From Peribolospora baueri (taxonomy: Eukaryota), in the NCBI GenBank assembly GCA_029717555.1, contig JAMDHS010000034.1, positions 1 through 64,000 on the forward strand: a stretch of 64,000 nucleotides of DNA, written 5' to 3'. A program made the translations under genes and the position numbers. The notes beneath the pieces were generated by a model. It saw nothing but the letters and a program-made list of their open reading frames with translations, made no database searches and had not been told where the DNA came from. Positions 35,704-48,500 of the stretch are shown one piece after another. How positions within the stretch are numbered: position 1 is the first letter of the stretch; every line of letters begins with the position of its first letter.

Positions 35704-38094
35704 ATGTCTGCCCCATCTAACGTCGCCACAGCTTCTCCAGAAGCTCCCGCTCGTATGTCCTCGCCTATCGGCAAGCGTGCGCGAGTTTCCTCAGTAGTCG
35801 CCAAGGCGCTCATGTTGCCGTCCTCGTCGCGCTCAAAGGACAAAGGCAAGGAGAAGGACAAGGAGATGAAGAGATCCGTCCCCGGCGCGTCTTCTGCGCA
35901 GGATGCTTCTGTTGGTGCGCCTGCGCATGCCGATCGGAAAGGGGCGCCGGCGGGGAAGCTGCCAATGGATGGCGGCTCGAATGCGACTACAGATGCCGTT
36001 GCCGACGGCGCGCCGGAACCTTCTTCGAACTCGAACACGGACCCGACGACTCATGGGGCTGTATTTGTGAAGGAGGAAACGTCTCCGGCCGATGAGTCGC
36101 CTTCGGGTGTGCCAGACGGTACAGCTCCTTCTCAAGCGGTGGTCGATAGCGTTGACGAGAGCTCCCTGACGCGTAAGGCTGGGAAGGGCCCGTACAAGAG
36201 AGAGGACGCAAAGGAAAAGAAGAAGGAGGTAAGGGAAAAGAGGAAGAAGGCCGAGTCATGGACCAAGGTCGAGCTTGACTCCAATTCCGGCCAGAGCATG
36301 TCCAAAGCGGAGAAGCAACTGAAGAAGCAAATCAAGGTGCAGGCGGCGGCGCGACGCAATGCCCTCGTCCTTCGCGCCATCATGGACCCTGGTGCCGACG
36401 TAGATGACACGGGAAATGCGGACGAGACTCAAACGGCGATGAAGGACCTTTCGCCTCCTGTACACAAGAGCAAGAACGAGAGCAAAGCCAAGGACAGGAT
36501 CAAGGTCAAGGCCAAAAGCTCGGCCTTCCAAAGTCCCCCACGCCCGAGGCCCGTCCCTGTCGTTTCTCAGCGCCAGCTTAAAAGCCTCAAGACGGCTCTC
36601 ATTGATCCTGATCAAGCAAGGGCGATTGTCGCAGAGCTGAGGACAATGCGACCTCCAGGGATGGAGAAGGAGAAGCTGAGGGTCGTCGTGGGCGGCGGGG
36701 AGGAAGTAGTAGTGGAAGAGCAGGCGGGGAGGAAGAACGGCGCCGGTAGCAATAACCCCGCATCCGCTGCTGAGGCTGTCGAAGGAGGATCCGAGCATAG
36801 CCAAGAAGGTACTTCGCTCCTGACGACCCTCGGCCTGATGCCGCGACCTCTGAAGGCAGCCTGTCTGGATTGTGGAGACGAGGAAGCGATGAGGAGAAGG
36901 GAGCAACATGAACGTCACGAACAGGATCGCCGGAAACGCGAGCAGAATGAAGAGGAGCAGCAGGAGGTGAAGAGTGCTGAGGGAGGAGGCGCTAGTACTT
37001 CTCTTGATGAGCAAGTGGAAGGCGGTAATGGCGGCTCTGATCCTTCCAAAACCAAAGGGGGAACAGAAAGCGGCGGAGGATGGAGCTGGGGCTGGTTCGG
37101 CATGTCCAAGTCGTCCTCTACCACCACCGCCTCCAATACAGAGAACGAGGCTGGTGCTGCTTCGTCTCCTTCCGAACCGATTTCTGCCACATCGCCCACC
37201 TCTCTTCTCCCCAACCTCGTAACCTTCGCCTCGTCGCCCACCACCGCTCTCTTGACCAGTGGAGTCTCTTACGCAGGAAATGCAACAGGCGCCTTCGACA
37301 TCCTCGCAACCGTCTCGGGCACGCTCATCAAAGCCAGCGGCGCTGACGAGAACGTAACGGCTCCCCTTGACCGGATGGCGATATGGATCCACTGGTTCGG
37401 CTTTGAGATCACCATGCCGCCTCCCTCCTTGGCTCATTTGGGCACCGCCAAGAGCATATCCGGTGCCTTCTTGGGGTTCTTGCAGACCATTTGCGTGGCT
37501 CAGGGTGTGCCAGAGATGTTGCCTTTCATCAGGTACATCTCGATGTAGTAAGTTGGGCAAAAAAGGATATAGGGTTTTTCGGCGAGCCCTGCTCTTTGCC
37601 GAGAGTGCTCATAAGTTGCGTACATCCCTTTCTTCTTTCCCCGGATTTTTTCTCTCCTGTCTACCTCCCCTCTCCCCGCTTTTCCCCCATCCCCATAGCG
37701 TCGACTTGGAATTCCAGGCCATCCAAGGCCAAGATCATGGGAACGGCGTCATCTTAGCAGGTGATTGACGTCTCTCACTCCATTCTCGTTTCAGCCCTAT
37801 TTCCATATCACACCAGACGGGACCATGTTTCTCATTGGCGACCATATCTGCTTCCTTACACCCCTTCCCTTGCCCACCGTCCTCCCTTAATTTCTATCAG
37901 CATCCTGGTTCATGCCTCTGGCCCTCGTTCCCCGACCATGGGACCTTCCCCTTACGTCAACTACCACCAATGGCACGGCTCCCGGCCGTCAGGCTCCTGT
38001 CCCACCTCCTGCCTCCTCCTCGCAGTCTGCTGCTAACACGCCGACGGTCCCCTTGCCGCTGCTGTCTGGTATGATTCCAGTCCCGGTGGCTTGA
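35704..38094 (+). CDS. Conserved-looking hypothetical protein (exons ~35704-37547, 37699-37760, 37901-38094)
   Basis: The spliced C-terminal domain reads PLDRMAIWIHWFGFEITMPPPSL...LPFIRYISMY|VDLEFQAIQGQDHGNGVILA|ASWFMPLALVPRPWD. The frame is open from 35590. Confidence 0.8.
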
Positions 38095-38798
38095 AACGAA
38101 GGGTGAGGTAGGAAGAATAATGGAACGATGGGCAAAGTGGCCAATCAGCCAAGGGGTTCAGTTCCATTATTCTGTCCGTTGGCTGGGACTGGGTCCGACG
38201 GCTAGGTCAGGTTAGGTTTCGTCGATGGCCAGGCGTATTGCTGGCAATGCACTGGGCTGGGGACAACGCGCGGGTGCGCTGAGCGAATTGGTACGGGATG
38301 GGATGGCCTCAGGACAGGATGGGATGGACAGAATGGGGCGGCGGAAGATTGAGGGCGAAGATACCTAGTCATACTATCGATGCAATACGTCGCCTCTCCT
38401 CTTGGAGGCATCGTTGTCGCTATTTGTCTCCTTTCTTTCTTAAATCGCCACCTTATTTTTCGTTCGTGCTAGTTTGGCACGCCTCTGATGATTGTAACCA
38501 CAATGGATGAACGATCTTTTGTAACCTCCTTACTGTCGAGGCAGTCCTTTCCGATTCGGAACCTCAGAATCGCTAGGAACGGAACACAATCTCACTAACC
38601 AATGCCAAGCTTACGCAAGTGCCCACAACTGTTGTCAATGATAAGCAGACACATGTGGAAGAGATCCGCGGAAGTGGCGATTGGACATTATACATGGTCG
38701 TGCATCCTCTGCATCTCGTCTCGCCGCCTACCTCCATGTCTACGACCGCCGCCGCCCCATTCTACATAAGGCTGGGAGCGGCAAGATCAAGGAGAAAA

Positions 38799-39420
38799 CT
38801 ACTGGGTGGTGACCGTCTTGTCCTCCTCTGTGAGGATGGTGTCGAAGAGAAGAGGGGAGATGAGAGGTTGTTTCAGAGATTGAAAACAATGGGCGTCAAA
38901 CTTTTGGTAAACCGATGCATTCCCTTAGCCCACCTCAGCGGCAATGAGCTATACTCTCCACCTTGGCGCCAAAACCAGTCTCTGCCGCTAAGGGCGAGCA
39001 TGCGAAGGGCAATCCCTGCATAGCCGTCGTCACTCACCAATGCGCTCAATTATCCCATTAGCACCGGAAAGGCCCTTGAGATTCTCAAGGTGACTCTCGG
39101 GAATGGAGCCAGCGATAGCCTTGATGAGCGTGCCGCCGATGGGCTTACCTTGGCCGCCTGCAGCAGCGATGTCGTTGAGATGCTGTTATGGTAATGATGT
39201 AGATGAAAAGAAGTAAATTGCAAGATTAGGAGAAGGGTGATGCGAGTGAAGGAGAGAGTGTACATCTACCTTTTCAATCTCCTGGTCCGTTGCGGAGTCC
39301 TTAAAGGTGACAATGTAAGACTTGTGCTCTGCGCGGGTCGGCGAGCGATCACGGAGAGACGGGAGTTGAGACGTCCTCAGTCTGTTACTGACCAGGGGAG
39401 AAGCATCGCTCACCAGACAT
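38799..39420 (-). CDS. Peptidase inhibitor I9 (subtilisin propeptide-like; POIA1/Pbi2 type), 79 aa (exons 39420-39414, 39328-39270, 39182-39038, 38827-38799)
   Basis: MSEHKSYIVTFKDSATDQEIEKHLNDIAAAGGQGKPIGGTLIKAIAGSIPESHLENLKGLSGANGIIERIEEDKTVTTQ* has the YIVTFK start and IEED.TVTTQ end typical of I9. Confidence 0.9.
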
Positions 39421-39770
39421 GATGTCGACTTGCTTCAAGTTGGATGATCAAAAGGGATACACAAGGAACGATCAAGACTCGTGTAGACGTGCCGGAGAGG
39501 AGGCAGGAGGTGGTGGTCAGGTTGATGGCTGTCCCGCTTTGGTCGTCCTTATCAGTCCACGCGTCGCCCCCGCATCTGATCGATCGACTGCGGCATGATT
39601 GCCTTCGCTGCCCGCATACGGCGCCTATGACCGACGGCTCGGAACTACCGCAGTCATTTTTATAACCCTACTCTTATCACCCGTCCGGTCCGTTCATTGA
39701 CTCACATCGCGGATAGGCCAAGAAGAAAGGAACGACGGCGATCCACCTCCATCTTCATCTCCGTCGTTTT

Positions 39771-42700
39771 ATGACCTCCAGCTCGGTCTGGACTGTCATC
39801 CCTCGCTGTGCACTTTTCTGTCCAAGGCGCACTTCTATTCCGTTTTGTCTCCTTTGGACGCCTCGCCTTGCAAGTTCTCACTCTCTCTCGGCCTTCTCGC
39901 CTCGCCGCTTGACCACGACCATGGCGTCCGACAGCGCTCTCAACGACCAAATCCAGAAGGCTGCCGCCGCCACCACGGCTGACTCCACACCCCATGCGGA
40001 CAATGGGAGTGTAGGACAGCCTACCCCTTCTTCCACGGAGGGCACCAGCACGCCTACTACCAAAAGCGCAGGTGAGGAGGCATGATGTTCGGACCACCGC
40101 TCAGAGGTGGTCACGGTAGCTCAATGTCCCCTGTTCACTCATCCTCACAGCGAAGAAGGCTGCCAAGGCTGCTGAAAAGGCCGCCAAGGTGGCGGTCAAG
40201 CAGGCTGCGAGGGATGCCTCGGCTCCCAAAGCTGGTGGCGGAAAGAAGAAGGAAAAGGAAAAGAAAGAGGCTGTACCTGAAGTGGATGATTGGGTGGACC
40301 CTACCAAGCCGGGCGAGAAGAAGGGTGAGTTGATGTGCTGTCGTCGTACCTTGTCCTTGCATGCAAGCTGATTGAGCATGTTATTTTTGTCGCCATCTTT
40401 CGTAGATCTCTCCCTGCCGATGGAGGCAGCATACAACCCCCTCCACGTAGAATCTTCTTGGTTCCAGTGGTGGGAAAAGTCCAACTTCTTTGCTCCTCAG
40501 GATCCTCCTCCCCGCCCAGACAACGGAAAACTCGGTCAGTCCAACTCGGAGAACACTTTCGTCATCCCTGCCCCGCCGCCGAACGTTACGGGCAACCTGC
40601 ACATCGGCCACGCTTTGACAATCGCCATTCAAGATACGCTAGTGAGGTGGTGAGTAATCACGAGGGGTCCCGATATGTATCTTTTCGTCCCAGCTCTCTC
40701 GCTACGAAGAGTTGGGCTCACATCTGTGGCGCTCTGTCGCAGGTGCCGAATGCGAGGTATGCATGTTCTCTTCAACCCAGGCTACGACCACGCCGGTATT
40801 AGCACGCAGTCGGTGGTGGAGAAGCGTCTGTGGAAGACAGAAGGCAAGACGAGACACGACTACGGACGCGAGGCGTTCCTTGGAAAGGTGTGGGAGTGGA
40901 AGCACGAGTACCAATCTCGGATCGCCAACCAACTGCGCCGACTGGGAGCTTCGTACGACTTCAACAGGGAGAGATTCACGATGGACGAGAATCTGTCGAA
41001 GGCTGTTATCGAGACGTTCTGCAGGCTACACGAGGATGGACAGTTGTATCGGGCGAACAGGCTTGTGAACTGGTGTGTCCGCCTGAACACCACGCTCTCC
41101 AACCTCGAGGTGGAGCAGAAGGAACTTCCCGGGCGGACTCTACTCAACGTCCCCGGCTACGATGCCTCGGAGCGCATCGAGTTTGGCGTCATCGTCTCGT
41201 TCGCTTACCCGATCGAAGGCTCGGACGAGAAGGTCATTGTCGCTACCACCCGTCCCGAGACCATGCTGGGCGACACGGCGGTGGCGGTGCACCCGGACGA
41301 CCCCCGGTACAAGCACCTCCACGGTAAGTTCGTCTTGCACCCTTTCCTCGACCGACGTATCCCCATCATCACGGACGACATCGCTGTCGATATGAGCTTC
41401 GGAACTGGTGCGGTCAAGATTACGCCAGCCCATGATCCTAATGACTACGAGGTTGGCGTGAGGCACAATCTCGAGTTTATCAATATCCTCAATGACGACG
41501 GCACGTTCAATGAGAATGCTGGACCTTATAAGGTGAGCCTTTGGTCCGATTCGATCATTTGAGGTACTCCTCTACTTCCTGCCTGCCCCACCCCAGTCCC
41601 CCACCCCCACTCTCGCACAACTTCTAACCTAATGAACGTTTCCCCGCTCCTTGGGATGTCGCACCGACAGGGCGTCAAACGCTTCTCTGCCCGTCGACAG
41701 GTGATCGAAGCGCTCAAGCAAAAGGGTCTCTACGTGGAGACGAAGGACAACCCGATGAACGTGCCCATCTGCGTAAAGTCGGGAGACATCATCGAGCCAC
41801 TCATGAAGCCACAGTGGTGGGTCGATTGTAAGGGCATGGCGAAGGAATCGGTCAAGGTGCGTTGTCAGGATGGGCCTTTGCTCCGCCCTGTGCTAGGGCA
41901 TCAGGATAGCTCATATATTTCCTGCACGTTCCATCCTTTTCCTTGCATTTGTTTACAGCGTGCCCGAGCTGGCGAACTAACCATCACGCCCAAGCAGTCT
42001 GAAGCGGAGTTCTACCGCTGGATGGAGAACATCCAGGACTGGTGCGTCTCCCGTCAACTCTGGTGGGGCCATCGTTGCCCGGCTTACTTCGTCGACGTGG
42101 AAGGCGAGGCAAGGGACCGCGCGGACGGAAAGAATTGGGTGGTGGGGAGGACCTTGGAGCAGGCGACGGAGAGGGCCGAGAAGTTGGCCGGGGGCAAGAA
42201 GTTCCAGTTGGAACAGGACGAGGACGTTTTGGACACCTGGTTCTCCTCCGGGCTGTGGCCATTCTCGATTATGGGCTGGCCTGATAAGGTGCGCTAGGAA
42301 AGCCTGACTCGCTTTCTGCGAGCATCTGCGTTTCGCGCTTACTTAGCCTCCATCATCGCGTCCTTCGTTCCTGCTGACCTTTTGGTCTCATCCTTTCCAT
42401 GCATATTTCGCAGACCTCGGACCTCAAAAACTATTACCCCTCGTCGGTGCTCGAGACCGGCTGGGACATTCTCTTCTTCTGGGTGGCACGCATGATCATG
42501 CTCGGCATCAAGCTCACGGATCAGATGCCTTTCCGCGAAGTCTTTTGCCACGCCATGGTCCGAGACGCTCACGGTCGCAAGATGTCCAAGTCGCTCGGCA
42601 ATGTGATTGACCCGATCGATGTGATCGAAGGCATCTCTCTCGAGAAGCTCCATCAGAAGCTCCTGGAGGGCAACATGGATCCCAAGGAGACGACAAAGGC

Positions 42701-44515
42701 CATGACGGGGCAGAAAAAGGACTTCCCGAGCGGTATCCCCCAGTGCGGCACCGATGCGTTGCGCTTCACCCTCTGCGCCTACACCTCCGCCGGAAGAGAC
42801 ATCAACCTGGACATCCTCCGCGTGGAAGGGTATCGCAAGTTCTGCAACAAGCTCTGGAATGCTACTCGATTTGCACTCATGAAGCTCGACGACGGTTTCG
42901 AGCCTCCCAAGGACGACAGTCTGACTGGCAAGGAAAGCCTGGTGGAGAAGTGGATTTTACACAAGCTCGATGCAGCCGCCAGGGAGATCAACGAGGCGCT
43001 CAAGGAGCGCAATTTCATGAGCGCCACCTCTGCGCTGTATAACTACTGGTTGTACGAGCTTTGTGACGTTTACATCGTGAGTCTGGTGGCAAATACCTTG
43101 TGCGCTGAATGGAAGAACTGCAGTGCAAGGTGCAGGAGCTCACGTTGTACCCCAAACAATTCATTCTGTCAACCGGATGCCCACCCACAGGAAGCTATCA
43201 AGCCCATCACGGACCCGAGCGCTCCTGCATCCCAGCGCAAGTCGGCCCAGGACACGCTCTACAACGCCCTCGATGGCGGACTTCGACTTCTCCATCCTGT
43301 CATGCCTTACGTTACCGAGGAGCTTTGGCAGCGTTTGCCTCGCCGGCCCGGTGATGAGACCCAGACGATCGCGCTTGCTGCTTATCCTACCGCGGTAAGT
43401 TTCATACGTTGAGGGCTATACTGCGGCTTTGCTGTGTTGGGTAGGAGGTCTTGGCGCGTCTCTCTTCTCCAAGAGTGCTTATTTCTCTGCCTCAATTTAC
43501 CTTCTCTTTCCCGCCCCAAACTCCACCGCTCTGGTACACCTTCCTGTCTCCCTTTCGCCGTCGTGGTAACATGCGATCCGGACCAACGAACGATAGAGGG
43601 AGGATAGGAAGAACCCGGAGGCGGAAGCGGACTTTGAGCTGGTCTTCTCCGTCGTTAGGACCATTCGGTCTATGGCCGCGGAGTATGGATTGCAGAGCAA
43701 TTTGCAGAGTGAGTATGGACTAAAAGAATTTTGCACGGAGATGTACTCAAGCTCGGCAGAGAGGCACTGGAGAGGATCTGGCCCATTCTTTCGCACGCTG
43801 ACATCTTTCCGTCACCGTGCTTGACTTACCACTTCTTTGCCCTGAAGTGACCATCCAAACCGCGAACCCACGCCTTCGCGAGCTCCTCTCCTCACAAACG
43901 GCGACAGCTGCCGCGCTGATCAAGGGGACCAAGTCTATCGACGTTGTCGCCGACCCGAGCCAGGTGCCGGACGGCTGCGTCGTGACCACTGTTGGCGCCG
44001 ATATATCGATCTACTTGCTCGTCAGGGTGAGTTTGGTCGTGTGTGTTTTCTCTTCGAGCCATACTGGATCGGAGGGAATCGTAGATGAGTTTCCTGTCTG
44101 AGCGATTTGGCTGGGTGGAGAAGGTGCGCTGATCAGTTTCCCACTTCGTCTCTCTGTGCTCGTTCGATCCCTTGCCCCCTTCTCGTCCGACATAGGGTCT
44201 GGTCAACTTTGATGCGGAAGTGAAGAAGCTGGAGAAGAAGATTGACTTGGCTAAGGGTAGCGTGGCCAAGTCTAAAGGCCTGCTTTCCAAGGAAGGCACG
44301 CCTGAAGACGTAAAGAAGGCGACTGCAGAGAAGGTATGTTTTGGACGGAGACTGTTCGTGGTTTGCATTTAAGCGGTGATGGAGTCGATCCTGTGCGAGG
44401 GCCGGAGTGGATGTTGATGAATTTTCGGTTGGCGTTCTTGCAGGTTCGCAACCTTGAGGCTGAAATCGAGACCCTCAACCAGGCCATTCAGAAATTCCTC
44501 ACTCTTAAGGGTTGA
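39771..44515 (+). CDS. VAS1: Valyl-tRNA synthetase (12 exons), with two in-frame ATGs (39771, 39921)
   Basis: [83 protein letters not shown]; 11 GT-AG introns. Confidence 0.97.
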
Positions 44516-45526
44516 CGACCTGCGTGCAATGCGATTATTGTGTCGAAGGGCCAACGGGTCCGGGTGTCTTCGTAGAACATATTCGCCAAAGGTTACCGCA
44601 GTCGCCTCGCCGCTCGCACCTATTCCATTGTTCCTCTTTTGCGTATCTTTTCTTTGCGTGTTGGGGCCGATGGCCAGCCGGCCTGCCAGGCTCCCTTTCT
44701 TCTCTCTCCCCACACACATGTTTTCTATGACACTTGAGATGAAGGAAGGATAGAACAGCGGATGAGTCTTACGTCGTCTCCCTCTTACCTGGTCATCCAT
44801 CCCGGTTTTGTCGCGTCGAATTACACACGCTCGCCTGGCCTGAATCCTCCGATGCCCTGACTCGTTTCGCGAGCCATGCGAAGAGCATGACGATCATATG
44901 CGCATAGTCACGAAGCATGCGCCTCGTGTCGTCCAAGCCATGGACGACGACGTTCGAGTTTCTGTGGAGAAGCGGGTGTTGACAACTCGTCCGAGATTGG
45001 CTCGACTAACCCGGTTGGTTAAGCGCATGACGTCAGCTCATGTTGCCTGGGGCGGTACTGTACGACTGTGGAGCGCCGCTCGATGGCTTCCACGATGTTT
45101 TCCGGGCTTGCTGAAACTGGCTGAAACTGGCTGGACTGGGCATCGCGACTGTGAACAAGGGAAATTGGGACGAGGCGCGAGGCGCGTCTGTGAATGGGAA
45201 AGGAGAACAAAGGCTGATTAGATTAGAAGTCCGGGGCGACAAACACGGCCGACACTAAGGCTGATAAGGCGAGATGAACTAGACAATCATCCGTAACTCC
45301 GACCATTATCGAGCGGCGCATTTGGGAACTCTTCCACACCGCTCCCCACGACGGCGGTGACGACGATGAACGAGGAGCTGTGCTAACCACGACGTGCTTT
45401 TTGTACCGATTCGCTCGTTTCTTAACTTCTTCATCTCGAACTCACCACCATCCACCGTCTACCTCATTCCATCTGTCCATCATCGTACATCACCCTTTCA
45501 GATCCGAGACCCCCCTTTCAGCACAT

Positions 45527-48500
45527 ATGTCCATTCAATCTTGGCCGTCAAAAAGTCGCCGAACTACCGAGGACACGTCTACCTCCCAACCCCAACACGA
45601 CTGTCAGCAGCAGCCATCGGGCCGAGGTCGTTCGGACGACGATGCATCCGACAGCGACGATGACGAAACATCAGAGCCAGAGTCGAGGCGAGAACGGCCG
45701 TCCTGGTCCCGGTGGCCCGGCATTGAGGAGGAGGATGACGACGACGACCAGGGTTATGAGCCCCCCCCAATGAGGTTCTCCCAAGCATTTCACGACCGAA
45801 TGGACGCCCTCCCAAGGAGCGAGGAGGATAAAAAATACAGGGAATGGGTACTCAGCCTCCCTGAAGGTTGGGATTATGACCCTGACAGACCCATCATCTG
45901 GAAAATTTCCCCGGTCGACAACGGTGAAGAAGAGGCGCTTCTCCGTTGGGCCGCTACCAACAACTTTGACGACTCGGACTTCGGCTTCCGCCGGATGCCT
46001 GCAAGGTCAGAATTGGAATACGAATTTCGATTAGACCTCATTAATTACATGCAGAACTTGAGGGACGAGCAGGAGCTGGATCAGGTCATCGAGCTGCTCA
46101 ACCTCGGCGAATCGGACAGCGTCGCCGCGGCCGCTTCAACTAAGCAGCTGACGGAATTCGGGTCCTGTTTGCTGGACCTGTTACAACGCTACCTGCCGGT
46201 GGAAGATCCATCGCAGTTCGCTGCCGTCAACGAATTGGCCGGAGCGATGGAAGGCTGGAACGTGACCACAGAGAGGATGGCCGCCGAAGGGCAGACACAG
46301 CACGCACGGCAACGGCCGGCGAGAAACGTCGGCCGAAGGAGCGTTATGATAGAGCTGGAGACTGGGGAGAAGGTCACCGTTCTGCCGGTCAATTTCTTGG
46401 ACGTCACTTTGCCCCCCATCCGTCGGTTTCTTCGGCAGAAAGCATCGTCACGATCAGCGTCTGGGGCCAACCCTAACGTGAACTCCACAGAAGGCCGGAG
46501 CCAAGATACAGTCGGACCAGGACGGACTGCTGAAGGAGGAGGGGATCGGAACCCTCCAGCAGGAAGGCCTGCTGAGATAGCGCCCGGGAGCGGGTCGCAG
46601 ACCAATGTTCAGCCTGCGCCCTCTTCTTCGCTCGCTCCGGGTCCATCCACCGATCAGTCTACCAACGCTGCCCTGGAAGGTGACGAGGAAACATCGCAGC
46701 TTGCGCCGCCTCCGGCCATTGGCCAGTCGACTCACGCTGCCGTGGAAGGTGATGAGCAGACGTCACTCCCTGCGCCGGGATCCATCCAGCCGGAAGCGCT
46801 AGGGCACTTCGACCTCCGTCCGGAGGATCTGTACGACCAGCAGCAGCCGAGTTCCATTCATCCTGAAGCGCAGACGCATTTGGACCAACACCAACTGCAG
46901 CAGCCGTACGGAGAACACACGCAACAGCAGGCGCCCGAACAACACCAGCTACAGCAGACGGTGGAAAGAGATGCACAGTCAGAGCTGGACGACCAGCAGC
47001 AGCCGAGCTTCATCCAGCGTGAAAGGCAGGGATTCCTGGACCAGCATCAGCTGCAGCTGACGATGGACGAGAACGTACAGTCACAGCTGCATTATCAGTA
47101 CACGCAGCAGATACACACCTATCAACACCAGCAGCAGCATGCTCTAACTCACCAACTGAACGAAGACTACCAGCGATATGCGTGGGCCGGAAGTGGTAAT
47201 GTGCCACTTACCTATCAGCAAGCATATGCCTCTGGCATGGGATACGCAGCCGCTGCTGAGCTGGCTGCCATTGGTACAGATCAGTCCTATGAGCACCAGC
47301 AGTTCCACCAGTACCAGCCTGGCCCTTCCGTGCTCTCACTTGCGAACACCCAAGTACAGACTCACCCTAATGGCGAGCAAATGAGATTTTCATCAATTGC
47401 CCCTATTGTTACTGATACATACTACCATCAGCCGGGCAACCAAGATCAGCAGACTCATCCCGCTCACCAGTACGATGGCGAGCAAATGATCTCTCCGTCG
47501 GATATGTCCACCGCGTCGTCCAACCCCTACATCTCCGTCACAATGGGGACCTCCGATGCAAACAGCGAACAGCTGAACGTTCCATTGCCAGAGACGGCTG
47601 AGGACGCCGGAATGTCGGTCGGCGCCCAAGTGATGTCGGCGGAAAGTAACAGTAGTCGCATCAACATTGGCACGAACAGCGGCAACGACGGAAGAAACGA
47701 AGAGCCAACTGCGGTATCACGTGAAGCCTACCCTCCTCCACTACCCGTCTCGCCCGTTCACGCTCTCACCGCATCTTCGGGCACTGCCATTCCTCCGATC
47801 GGCGAAGACGAACGCATTGGCGACCACAAGAACGCCGGCGTCGACACCACCGCTGGTGACGCGACCAAGGCCGGTGACGACCACGACGCCGCGTCGGCCG
47901 ATAACGCTGGGGTGGTCCATTTGGCCACGCCCGTCGATCACACTGTGATCCCCGCGACCGTCGATCACGGCATAAACGACGATAGGGAGATACAGATGCC
48001 GGCGCGACAGGAAAGTGTCATGACTGCGTCTTCGGATGGCCGAAACGCTTTTGCGCCGCAAGAAGGACAGCAGCAGAATGGCGACGTAGCCCCGTCGTTG
48101 GCGAGCGGAGGCAGCTTTGTCTTTCCTCTGGGGCAGCAGCAGCAGCAGCAACCACAGCACGATGCCTTCACATCATCATCGAGTGGAGTCGGTCCCTCCC
48201 CGTTTTCAGCAGCTGGAAGCAACTTTTCCTTTACGGCGGAGCAGCAACAGCAGCAACAAATGGGCCAGTTCCAGCAGCCGTCCAGTGCATTTGGGCCTGC
48301 TCCCGCCGGACTGTCGCCGTTTTCCAGCGCGTTCGCTCAGGGGTCTCCGTTCTCAACTGCGTTCTCCCAGTTGAATTCCTCGTCACCATTTGCCGGCCCC
48401 TCCATCCAGTTGCCACTGTCCACCTCATTCCCCACCTCCACGTCTTCTTCTCCTGCCATCCAGCCCCCGTCCGCATTTCCAGTCCCAACTTCGGCCGCTA

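Noticed and set aside
36256..37560. 434-aa antisense ORF (likewise 50594-51946, 22130-23038, 7163-8026)
   Set aside because: Shadow ORFs opposite real genes, expected with GC-rich codon usage.
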